Of a stretch of 64,000 bases of DNA, positions 56,621 through 64,000 are shown piece after piece. The DNA lies in NCBI GenBank assembly GCA_964486925.1, contig CAZAOY010000002.1:14226-78225 (forward strand). Direction: 5' to 3'. A program made the translations under genes and the position numbers. Within the stretch, counting starts at the first letter, position 1, and every line of letters starts with the position of its first letter. The DNA is from an uncultured Oscillospiraceae bacterium (GTDB lineage Bacteria > Bacillota > Clostridia > Oscillospirales > Ruminococcaceae). The notes beneath the pieces were generated by a model. That model saw only the letters and a list, made by a program, of their open reading frames with translations. It made no database searches and was not told the DNA's origin.

Positions 56621-57634
56621 TTATATCTTAACGCTACCTCGAACAACGAGTGAATGGTTTAGGAGTAACCTATCCACATTAGAGATATCACCCATAATCC
56701 TTCTTAATAGCTTAGCACCTTCGTATCCGCCTAAAGAAACATCCTGCTTTATAGTAGTAAGCGATGGGTTAAAGTAGGAGGCTAGTGGTATGTCATCAAA
56801 TCCTGTGACGTTAAAATCCTCGGGTACGGAGTATCCTTCGTCCTGTATGGCACGTATAGCGCCAACCGCCATAATGTCGCTCATGCAGACAAAGGTGTCA
56901 ACCGACTTTTTATTGGATTTAATAAATGCTCTTACCTGTTCGTAAGCTATCTCCTCACTAAAGTCACAGTAAAGGACGTTGTTTGTTAACAATGGAATGT
57001 CATGATCCCTTAAGGTGTTTTGTATGCCTGCCATACGCTCTAAAGCCACGACAGCATTCTTTTTGCCCGAAACAACGCAAAACCGTTTGTTACCTTTGGA
57101 TATCAAAAGCTCCATCATATCCCGCATTGCAGCAATGTTATCGATAGATACGCAGGCGACCATATTAGCCACAACAGGTACATCCAGTACAACACAAGGA
57201 ATAGAGGACTGAACCAGTTCTTTAAAGTATTCGTCGGTGGTGGTAATACCACTAAGTATTACCCCGGCAATGTTACGTTCCTTACAAAAGGAAGCGTAGG
57301 ATTTCTGCTTTTGATGGGATGAGTCGGTAGCGTAGACCGAAACCTCCAAACCTACCTCAAAGGCATATCGGTATACCCCTTGAAGGATTAGCGACCAGTG
57401 GTTATCGTACCTGCTACTGTCTAGTAGCCCCGAGATAATGACGCCTATGTAGGTTGGTTCTTTAGAGGATAGTCCTCTGCCGATTAGGTTTCTGGTGTAA
57501 CCTAGCTCTTGTACAGATTTTAGAATACGATTTTTAGTTTTTTCTGATATGTCAGAATAGTTGTTTAAAGCACGCGATACCGTTCCTATCGAAACCCCCG
57601 CATGTTTAGCAACATCTTTAATCGTCACAACCAT
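56621..57634 (-). CDS. LacI-family transcriptional regulator
   Basis: 337 aa. N-terminal HTH VTIKDVAKHAGVSIGTVSRALNN plus a periplasmic-binding-protein-like sugar domain. Confidence 0.92.
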   Translation of the reverse strand: MVVTIKDVAKHAGVSIGTVSRALNNYSDISEKTKNRILKSVQELGYTRNLIGRGLSSKEPTYIGVIISGLLDSSRYDNHWSLILQGVYRYAFEVGLEVSVYATDSSHQKQKSYASFCKERNIAGVILSGITTTDEYFKELVQSSIPCVVLDVPVVANMVACVSIDNIAAMRDMMELLISKGNKRFCVVSGKKNAVVALERMAGIQNTLRDHDIPLLTNNVLYCDFSEEIAYEQVRAFIKSNKKSVDTFVCMSDIMAVGAIRAIQDEGYSVPEDFNVTGFDDIPLASYFNPSLTTIKQDVSLGGYEGAKLLRRIMGDISNVDRLLLNHSLVVRGSVKI

Positions 57635-57789
57635 CTAAGCCGTTACCCCCAAACTTCCTACCTCCCAAAAACTTTGGTTTAAACAGATAGTTTTATTACC
57701 GTACTATCAATATATCACAATATTAACGAAAAGTCAATAGTTTTTTGGTATTTATAATTACAACATTTTATGGTTTTGGAAAAAACGTC

Positions 57790-57818
57790 TTGACTTTCGA
57801 GTAATTATGTGTTACATT
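57790..57818 (+). promoter_or_regulatory. SigA-type promoter
   Basis: TTGACT (57790-57795), 17-nt spacer, TGtTACATT (57810-57818). Confidence 0.5.
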
Positions 57819-57833
57819 AATGAAAAAGAAAAT

Positions 57834-57875
57834 TTGGGTATCTTCTGTATCCATTGGGATACTTTTTGTATCCCA
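57834..57875 (+). promoter_or_regulatory. Tandem ~21-nt leader repeat; the second unit is a perfect hairpin
   Basis: TTGGGTATCTTCTGTATCCA followed by TTGGGATACTTTTTGTATCCCA (TGGGATAC / GTATCCCA, 8-bp stem). It lies between the promoter and the serine-hydrolase start. Confidence 0.3.
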
Positions 57876-57905
57876 CGAGATTAAATGATTGTGAGGTTAC
57901 TAATA

Positions 57906-59324
57906 ATGGGTGAAAATTACATAAAGAGCGGGTTTAACCGCAGAGCGCTTAAAAGCTATTTTGAGGAGAATGTAAAGGCAGGTAATGATATCTATAACAT
58001 ACAGATCTATCGTAACAACGAGCTTTTGTTAAGGTTTGCGCCATCGCCTTACGACTGCGGGATAAAGAGCGAGATCTACTCATTTAGCAAAAGCTTTGCT
58101 TCTACGGCTGTTGGCATTGCTGTGGATTCGGGGTTAATTACAGTAGAGGACAGGGTGGTGGATTTTTTTGGTGATAAGCTACCGAGTGAGGTTAGTGAGA
58201 ATCTGTCGTGCATGAGGGTAAAACATCTTCTATCTATGAATACGGGTCACGACAGCTGTGTTATGTCTCATATGTATGGCTCGGATGATGGGGTTAAGGC
58301 GTTTTTGGCAGAACCTGTGCAGAATCTGCCCGGTAGTAAGTTTGCGTACAATACCGGCGCTAGTTATATGTTATCCGCTATTATTACGAAGGTAACGGGG
58401 CTTAGTCTGCTTGATTATCTTATTATAAAGCTGTTTAAACCGCTTGGTATCGTTAATGCCTACTGGCCTAAACGTGGGGGCGAGGTTAGCATGGGTGGTG
58501 CGGAGCTTTGTATCTCGAGTGATGATATGGTAAAGCTAGGGTTATTATACCTAAATAATGGGGTCTGGCAGGGTAGGCAGATTATCTCAAAGGAGTGGAT
58601 CGCTAGCGCTACCTCCATCGTATCGGACACCACCTCTAACGGTACTCCCGACTGGCAGAGCGGGTATGGATATCAGTTTTGGATGAACAGCGAGGGCGGA
58701 TACAGGGGTGACGGGGCGTTCGGACAGCTTTGTATGGTATTTCCGGAGGATAACACCGTCGTGGCTGTACGTGCTGAAACTACAGATATGCAGTGTGAGA
58801 TTGATATGTTACTCAAGCTTTTAAGGGACTGCGACAGCGTGGATGAGGAGATAGCTACCGATGACTGTATCTTTAGCTATGAAACCTTGCCAGTAAATGC
58901 AAAAGACTTTGCTGGGCTTGATAGGGTATATCGCTTAGAGGATAATGCGGCGGGGATAACCCTTATAAGGTTTTATAGATCAGAGGATAACACCCTTAGC
59001 TTTATCTTTAGCGATGGAACAAGGGAGCAGAGTATCGAAGCCGGTAGCGGTAACTGGCAGTATAGCCAGATTGAATCGGCGGCTATAAAACCAAAGCTTA
59101 TGGATATAATGGAATCATCACTATTCGAGCGGGTAGAGATGGTATCCTGCTACACCGTTAAGGGGGAAAGGTTGGTTATCCAGTGCAGGCTGTTAAACGC
59201 TCCGCATAGGATTAAGATATCATTCTCCACCAGTCAAGACGGTAGTGAGATTGAGGTTAGCTTTACCTCACGGTTTAACCTTATAACCCCTAAACTGTCT
59301 TTAATAAAGGGACAGTCGGTGTAG
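57906..59324 (+). CDS. Serine hydrolase (class C beta-lactamase/PBP-like fold) with a C-terminal extra domain
   Basis: ORF 57885..59324, with the likely start at ATG 57906. S-x-x-K motif YSFSKSF and Y-x-N motif FAYNTG. About 150 extra C-terminal residues. Confidence 0.8.
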   Translation: MGENYIKSGFNRRALKSYFEENVKAGNDIYNIQIYRNNELLLRFAPSPYDCGIKSEIYSFSKSFASTAVGIAVDSGLITVEDRVVDFFGDKLPSEVSENLSCMRVKHLLSMNTGHDSCVMSHMYGSDDGVKAFLAEPVQNLPGSKFAYNTGASYMLSAIITKVTGLSLLDYLIIKLFKPLGIVNAYWPKRGGEVSMGGAELCISSDDMVKLGLLYLNNGVWQGRQIISKEWIASATSIVSDTTSNGTPDWQSGYGYQFWMNSEGGYRGDGAFGQLCMVFPEDNTVVAVRAETTDMQCEIDMLLKLLRDCDSVDEEIATDDCIFSYETLPVNAKDFAGLDRVYRLEDNAAGITLIRFYRSEDNTLSFIFSDGTREQSIEAGSGNWQYSQIESAAIKPKLMDIMESSLFERVEMVSCYTVKGERLVIQCRLLNAPHRIKISFSTSQDGSEIEVSFTSRFNLITPKLSLIKGQSV

Positions 59325-59448
59325 ATTTAGGGTTATATCTGTCTTAGGATAGCGTATCATATCTTTATTGGGCAATCGATCAACAATATAGTACCACGTA
59401 GCATCTTGTTGCCCAATTAAATTGTAGGTTTTAGGGGGTGAGGGTAAC

Positions 59449-60813
59449 GTGGCTAAGAGGGTTCGCTTTGTGGTGGATGTTATCCTAGCCTTAATCTTGA
59501 TAGCGGGGGTGTTACTGCTGTTTAACTTTTTTTGGTTTGGTAGCTATACCGAGGTAAACTTTTCATCGGGGTATAAGAGGGTGACAAATCCTGCTAAGGG
59601 GTACTATTCCCAGTTTCAGAGCGAGGGGGGAGATCCCCAGTTTGAGGGACTGTCTGATAAGGGAATTTCGGTGGTACTGCTAACGTTGGATCTAAAGGAT
59701 TTTGTGGATAGCGATATCTCAAAGGAAAGGCTTGATGAGCTGGATCGATCCTTTCAGAAGGCTAGAAGCTTTGGGTTGTCGGTGGTGTTTCGGGCGGCTT
59801 ATGGGTTTTCAGAGGAGTATAAGAGGAAGGACCCTTCCGATATCAAGCGGATACTGGGGCATATAGACCAGCTGTCGCCAATCCTTAATAAGCACAAGGC
59901 GATAATACTGTCGGTGCAGGCGGGTTTTTTAGGGCCGTGGGGGGAATGGCATAGCACAAGCTTAGCGGACAGCAGGGGGAATATTCCACGGTGGGTGGTG
60001 AATGAGATTGTATCAAAGCTTTGTAGCGCTGTACCAGAGCCTATCTCTATCGCTCTTCGCCGACCTAGCTTTGTAAGACAGCTTGATGAAAAGCGGGTGG
60101 AGCTTGCCAGAATTGCGGTGCATAACGATGCACTTCTATCAAGCGACACCGATATGGGAACCTATCAAAGCGAGGGGTACAGCCGAAGTGATGAACTTTT
60201 GTATCTGTACAACCGACAGGCAAGGGTAGCAAATGGGGGAGAGATGCCAACCTTAAGCGACTACACCTCTCCCGACAATGCATTAGAGGAGTTTAGCAAG
60301 CTAAAGCTTACCTACCTTAACAACGAGTACAATAAAGAGGTGCTAAGCTACTGGGCGCAGTATATGTACAGCGGCAGAAGCTTTTATGATGAGGTAGGCA
60401 GTAGGCTAGGGTATCGGATTATGGTAGAGAAGGCAAAGCTTCCAAAGCGGATTACCGACAGCCACACCTTTATTGTGACAGTGAAGGTGTATAACGATGG
60501 CTTTAGCAGTCTGGTACAGCCGTTTGGTGCGGAGCTTGTGGTAATAGACGGCGATAATAAAACCGCCTACCCCATGAAGTTTGACGATACAGCCCTATCA
60601 CCGGGAAACAATACCACCCTAAGGGCGGAGGTTTCGGTAAAGCTTAACGGCAAAAACCCTATAATAGGGGTTAGATTACCACGTGACGACGAGGACTTAC
60701 GGTCGGATGATAGGTACTGCATTAGCTTTTCAAACTCTAACATTGAGGTTATAGACGGAGTTAATGTTTTAGGCCGGTATAGGCAGATAAACTTGGGGTA
60801 TCGTTTGTTATAA
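59449..60813 (+). CDS. Membrane-anchored protein, putative glycoside-hydrolase-like (DUF4874/DUF4832-type by recollection)
   Basis: 454 aa with a GTG start after AGGGGG. N-terminal TM anchor. The GFLGPWGEWH and NGGEMP segments are reminiscent of TIM-barrel-like DUF4874/DUF4832 proteins. The family assignment is unverified. Confidence 0.45.
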   Translation: MAKRVRFVVDVILALILIAGVLLLFNFFWFGSYTEVNFSSGYKRVTNPAKGYYSQFQSEGGDPQFEGLSDKGISVVLLTLDLKDFVDSDISKERLDELDRSFQKARSFGLSVVFRAAYGFSEEYKRKDPSDIKRILGHIDQLSPILNKHKAIILSVQAGFLGPWGEWHSTSLADSRGNIPRWVVNEIVSKLCSAVPEPISIALRRPSFVRQLDEKRVELARIAVHNDALLSSDTDMGTYQSEGYSRSDELLYLYNRQARVANGGEMPTLSDYTSPDNALEEFSKLKLTYLNNEYNKEVLSYWAQYMYSGRSFYDEVGSRLGYRIMVEKAKLPKRITDSHTFIVTVKVYNDGFSSLVQPFGAELVVIDGDNKTAYPMKFDDTALSPGNNTTLRAEVSVKLNGKNPIIGVRLPRDDEDLRSDDRYCISFSNSNIEVIDGVNVLGRYRQINLGYRLL

Positions 60814-60828
60814 ATTAGTAGTGCTAAA

Positions 60829-60868
60829 CAAAATAGCGACCGCTTTCAAAACGCAGTCGCTATTTTTG
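60829..60868. terminator. Bidirectional rho-independent terminator
   Basis: AAATAGCGAC / GTCGCTATTT stem, flanked by an A run and a T run. It sits between convergent genes. Confidence 0.8.
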
Positions 60869-60869
60869 G

Positions 60870-61214
60870 TTAGTTACTAAGCTTATATAGTGCATACTGA
60901 TTTAGCGAAACACCCTCTTTTTTCGCTTCAATTACAAGACGCTTATGCAGAGATTTTGGTAACCGCACTACAAATTTACCATTATATCTATCTGTTTCAA
61001 GTGGCTTTGGGATTGCAATATCGTTAGCAAGCTTTGTTTCAATATAACCCTCCATCGCTTCCATTAGGTCACGATAGGCTTCTTCAAAGGTATCACCTGT
61101 GCTTTGACAGCCGTCAAGTTCCAAAACTGTGCCGTGGAAATACCTTCCGCTTTCGTCTGTAATTGGCTTGATTATATAGTTGTAAGGCAGCTGCATATAT
61201 TCTTGTACGCTCAT
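60870..61214 (-). CDS. hicB: HicB-family antitoxin
   Basis: 114 aa. HicB N-terminal fold (YFHGTVLELDGCQSTGDTFEEAYRDLMEAMEGYIE) plus a C-terminal RHH (FVVRLPKSLHKRLVIEAKKEGVSLNQYALYKL). Confidence 0.85.
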   Translation of the reverse strand: MSVQEYMQLPYNYIIKPITDESGRYFHGTVLELDGCQSTGDTFEEAYRDLMEAMEGYIETKLANDIAIPKPLETDRYNGKFVVRLPKSLHKRLVIEAKKEGVSLNQYALYKLSN

Positions 61215-61228
61215 AAATACACCCCTTG

Positions 61229-61450
61229 TTATTTTATTCTGCTTAAAATATCTTTGACATAAACCGCTTTGAGCGGAGTTTCATTTTTTATGGTAATTAC
61301 ATCGCCTTTTGTATTAATGTAATGGCAATGTGAGCCTTTTTGACGGTCAAGCTTGTATCCGTGGGAAGTTAAAACCCTGTCAGCTTCAGCCATTCTAATG
61401 CCGTTAGGTTGTCGTTTCATTTTATCTATTATTTTATCAATCCCTGCCAT
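61229..61450 (-). CDS. hicA: HicA-family mRNA interferase toxin
   Basis: 73 aa. LTSHGYKLDRQKGSHCHYIN...ITIKNETPLKAVYVKDI, typical of HicA (the GSH catalytic His region). It lies upstream of hicB. Confidence 0.85.
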   Translation of the reverse strand: MAGIDKIIDKMKRQPNGIRMAEADRVLTSHGYKLDRQKGSHCHYINTKGDVITIKNETPLKAVYVKDILSRIK

Positions 61451-61472
61451 TTATACACCACCTATTATAGAT

Positions 61473-61501
61473 ATAGTATCATATTTAGTATCATTTGTCA
61501 A
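61473..61501 (-). promoter_or_regulatory. hicAB promoter with direct-repeat operator
   Basis: On the minus strand: TTGACA (61496-61501), 17 nt, TACTAT (61473-61478). ATGATACTA occurs twice (plus-strand TAGTATCAT at 61474-61482 and 61487-61495), overlapping the -10 and the spacer. Confidence 0.5.
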
Positions 61502-61560
61502 GTGAAAATTTTATACGAATATATTTATTTGGGGGTATCCCTGTGCTTGTTGGCGACAGT

Positions 61561-61646
61561 ATATAAAACTATCCGCCTGCACCATAGGTGTAGACGGATA
61601 GTTTTATATGTGTCTGCACGGACTTTGCCCGTTATCGTGCAGACAC
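61561..61646. repeat. Two adjacent perfect hairpins (15 bp and 11 bp)
   Basis: ATATAAAACTATCCG (61561-75) / CGGATAGTTTTATAT (61595-609), and GTGTCTGCACG (61610-20) / CGTGCAGACAC (61636-46). They lie downstream of the araC-like gene stop. There is no clear T tract. Confidence 0.6.
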
Positions 61647-61694
61647 GATGGATTAGTATAGACTTACATTTCGTTAGCTTATCTTTCGCTTAGG

Positions 61695-62531
61695 CTAACC
61701 TTTCTTCTTTACCGCAATCCAGATCTCGCTTACATAGTCGGCGGAGGTTGAATCACCGTTTGTGTACATCTCGATGTCAAAACACGGAACAATCTCGTAG
61801 TCGGAGGTTGGAAGCCATTCGCTGTACACCCTATGCCACATATCCTGTATTGCGTTTGGCATAGGACCTACACATTTAAATACCGCCCAGGTAGCGGCAG
61901 GGATGGTAAACTTCTCAAACCCTTCCGGGATCTCCTGACCCTCTTTATATGGGTCTGCTATGCTGTAGTTAAAGCTATCACCTTCTGCTTCATGACAGAT
62001 TCCAAAGACACCGCAAGCTACCTTGCCGTAACCCTTTTCATAGTATTCCTTCCAAAAATTGGGGATCTCTGTCTGTGAATTTTCTAGAGTAAAGGTTCTT
62101 TTCATACCAAAAACGTCAAACTTGTCTTTTGTTTGTATACTGTAATCCATAAAACTACCGCCTTCCAATTTAAGCTTAATTACGATGGGAACGAATGATC
62201 GAAGGATAGCTCCATCCTTTTTAGCCGCAGTGGGGGTTATGCCATGAAACCTTGTGAAAGCTTTTGTAAAGCTTTCGGGGGAGTCATATGAAAACTTTAG
62301 TGCGGTATCTATCACCTTAGCACCTTTGTTAGCCAGATCACTCCCCGCAAGGGATAAACGCCTGTTTCTGACGTATTCTCCTACAGTTATACCTGTCAGG
62401 ATGTTAAATACCCTTTGAAAGTGAGAGGCTGATAGGTAGATATGCTTTGAGATATCCTCTACCACAAAGTCCTCGCAGATGTTGTCCTCAATATACCTTA
62501 GTGCTTGGTTTATGCCGCTTATCCAGTCCAT
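61695..62531 (-). CDS. AraC-family transcriptional regulator with GyrI-like effector-binding domain
   Basis: 278 aa. ISKHIYLSASHFQRVFNILTGITVGEYVRNRRL...FSYDSPESFTKAFTRFHGITP. The C-terminal half is GyrI-like. Confidence 0.85.
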   Translation of the reverse strand: MDWISGINQALRYIEDNICEDFVVEDISKHIYLSASHFQRVFNILTGITVGEYVRNRRLSLAGSDLANKGAKVIDTALKFSYDSPESFTKAFTRFHGITPTAAKKDGAILRSFVPIVIKLKLEGGSFMDYSIQTKDKFDVFGMKRTFTLENSQTEIPNFWKEYYEKGYGKVACGVFGICHEAEGDSFNYSIADPYKEGQEIPEGFEKFTIPAATWAVFKCVGPMPNAIQDMWHRVYSEWLPTSDYEIVPCFDIEMYTNGDSTSADYVSEIWIAVKKKG

Positions 62532-62640
62532 GCTGTCGCCCCCTTCTCTAATGGATGTAGCTATTATCGATATATCTATAATAGCATATAAATTGGATTA
62601 AATCCTGTTTTATTCTGCTTTGATGTGTCCGAGTATAATA

Positions 62641-62671
62641 GAAATCCCCGCATAAAGCGGGGATTTCTACT
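62641..62671 (-). terminator. Rho-independent terminator
   Basis: GAAATCCCCGC / GCGGGGATTTC 11-bp stem, 20 nt beyond the zinc-ribbon gene stop. Confidence 0.6.
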
Positions 62672-62690
62672 GTAAATTATCGTAAAACGA

Positions 62691-62963
62691 TTAACCTCTC
62701 ATTTTAGCGAAGCAGTCGCTGCAGTATACAGGTCTGTCTTCTCTAGGTCTAAAAGGAACTTTAGCTTCTGCGCCACAAGATGCACAGTTAGCTGTGAACA
62801 TCTCTCTTTGTGGTTTAGCACCAGCTTTGCGATTGCTACGGCAATCTTTACATCTTTGTGGTTCGTTTTCGAAACCTTTTTCCGCGTAGAATTCTTGTTC
62901 ACCAGCTGTGAATACGAATTCAGCTCCACAATCTTTACATACTAGGGTTTTGTCTTGAAACAT
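62691..62963 (-). CDS. Zinc-ribbon (double CxxC-x17-CxxC) small protein
   Basis: 90 aa. CKDCGAEFVFTAGEQEFYAEKGFENEPQRCKDC and CASCGAEAKVPFRPREDRPVYCSDC. RBS GTGAGGTAAAG. The overlapping ORF 62699..62929 in another frame is rejected. Confidence 0.7.
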   Translation of the reverse strand: MFQDKTLVCKDCGAEFVFTAGEQEFYAEKGFENEPQRCKDCRSNRKAGAKPQREMFTANCASCGAEAKVPFRPREDRPVYCSDCFAKMRG

Positions 62964-63254
62964 TTTCTTTACCTCACTTAGGATTAATATTTTTTTGCCC
63001 GTTGACGGGATAAAACCGACACCTTTGATTACAATTGGTGTTATAGTAACGACGTGGAGAGGTCACAAACACAACCAACGCTCTTAGTTAAGCTAGCAGG
63101 GCATATATATAATTGGGAAGCTTCCCAATATAAACATAGTAGTATATCGCATAATCTCTATCTATTAGGACTACGGATAATGAGTATTGCATGGGCATGA
63201 TCGCACGAGATCCGCCTTCACCCAAAGCACCGCACCCTCGAAAGATGGTACACT

Positions 63255-63872
63255 TTAGGAATCTGACTTTAGTTTTGATTTGGCACGCCTTAGAGCGTTG
63301 TCAACCGATTTAATGGGGATCTCTAGGATAGAAGAGATTTCTTTGTAGGAGTAATTTTTAAGATGTAGGATTAATACCGCTTTCTCAAGACGTGACAGCT
63401 TGTCGAAGATGGTAGCGATAAGCCCCTTGTAGCTCTCCTGTTCGATGTAGATATGCTCGGGATTTAGGGAGTTACTACTGTTACTGGCAAAGGACAGATC
63501 ATGAACGTCATCTAGTGACAGCGCATTAGTGTAAAACCTTTCCTTGTTGGTGGATCGCTTTAGGAAGAAATTCTTTACCTTATTGCTGATACAAACGTTT
63601 GCGTATGTATAGAACAACACTTCCTTGGAGCTGTCAAAGGAGAATATCGCATCAACAAGTCCTAGATAGGCTTCCTGTCGAATATCATCCGCATATGAGG
63701 CAGTGCGATAGGGGGATACCTTCTTTTCGATTAGACCTTTGTATCGGCTAATCAGCTGATTTAGAGCTATAACCTCTCTACCTTGTAGATCACAATCTTT
63801 GGATCTGCAAAGATCGATTAGCTCGTTATCCTCTAAAGCTGATAGATCGCTCTCAAATGGCAGATGTACCAT
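63255..63872 (-). CDS. Sigma-70 family RNA polymerase sigma factor (group 4-like)
   Basis: 205 aa. Region 2 (ADDIRQEAYLGLVDAIFSFD...FYTYANVCISNKV) and region 4 (EKAVLILHLKNYSYKEISSILEIPIKSVDNALRRAKSKL). Confidence 0.8.
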   Translation of the reverse strand: MVHLPFESDLSALEDNELIDLCRSKDCDLQGREVIALNQLISRYKGLIEKKVSPYRTASYADDIRQEAYLGLVDAIFSFDSSKEVLFYTYANVCISNKVKNFFLKRSTNKERFYTNALSLDDVHDLSFASNSSNSLNPEHIYIEQESYKGLIATIFDKLSRLEKAVLILHLKNYSYKEISSILEIPIKSVDNALRRAKSKLKSDS

Positions 63873-64000
63873 TAATATACTCCATTTACATAAAGTTTAC
63901 CTTTTAAAAACATTAAAATCTGTCATACTAAAATGACAGATATCAACGGATCTTAATTCACTTAAGTATTACTTCTATATTAATGATACACTATTTATGA

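Noticed and set aside
62964-63254. 291-nt region between the sigma-factor gene and the zinc-ribbon gene, containing the 18-bp palindrome ATTGGGAAGCTTCCCAAT. Considered as a cold-shock-type structured leader or an sRNA.
   Set aside because: I could not define a promoter, a terminator or a conserved fold with confidence from the sequence alone. The palindrome may simply be an operator. Left unreported as a feature.

Overview
This 64-kb window is chromosomal DNA from an endospore-forming Firmicute. The gene content looks Clostridia-like: spoIIIAA-AE, RuvC rather than RecU, an ecfA1-ecfA2-ecfT-truA module, and a BclA-type collagen-like protein. From about 5.9 to 45.6 kb almost everything is on the + strand and is housekeeping. 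In order: a dCache/degenerate-GGDEF/EAL protein, a DUF951 protein, prfA, tsaC/sua5, coaE, an SLT transglycosylase, an M18 aminopeptidase, a sigma-fusion/ABC exporter pair, spoIIIAA-AE, an AraC/GyrI-NTase-UvrA-paralog operon, a zinc-finger membrane protein, uvrC, an HD protein, a TrmN6-like methyltransferase, ruvC-ruvA, ruvB, glmM, an rRNA methyltransferase, ecfA1A2T, truA, cvpA-like and pgsA. From 45.7 to 57.6 kb there is a minus-strand LacI-controlled oligosaccharide cluster: an LplABC-type ABC importer, a GDE-like (alpha/alpha)6 hydrolase, GH65, a GH36-like enzyme and an EamA exporter. Both ends are small accessory patches (0-5.7 kb; 57.9-63.9 kb, including hicAB). I saw no rRNA, tRNA, CRISPR array, transposase or integrase. 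The signals most worth follow-up are: (1) two inverted copies of a ~262-nt GC-rich, hairpin-rich element with 20-bp terminal inverted repeats that bracket ruvC-ruvA and split it from ruvB, which I could not assign to any RNA or IS family; (2) a translationally coupled nucleotidyltransferase plus divergent full-length UvrA paralog behind an AraC/GyrI regulator; (3) a collagen-like protein whose roughly 70 G-X-Y triplets are flanked by two mutually similar globular domains; (4) a spoIIIA operon that stops after spoIIIAE and is followed by an unannotated 42-aa Cys-rich membrane micro-ORF; (5) a 5 x 13-nt intergenic tandem repeat upstream of pgsA. All functional calls come from motif recognition by eye. 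No database search was run.
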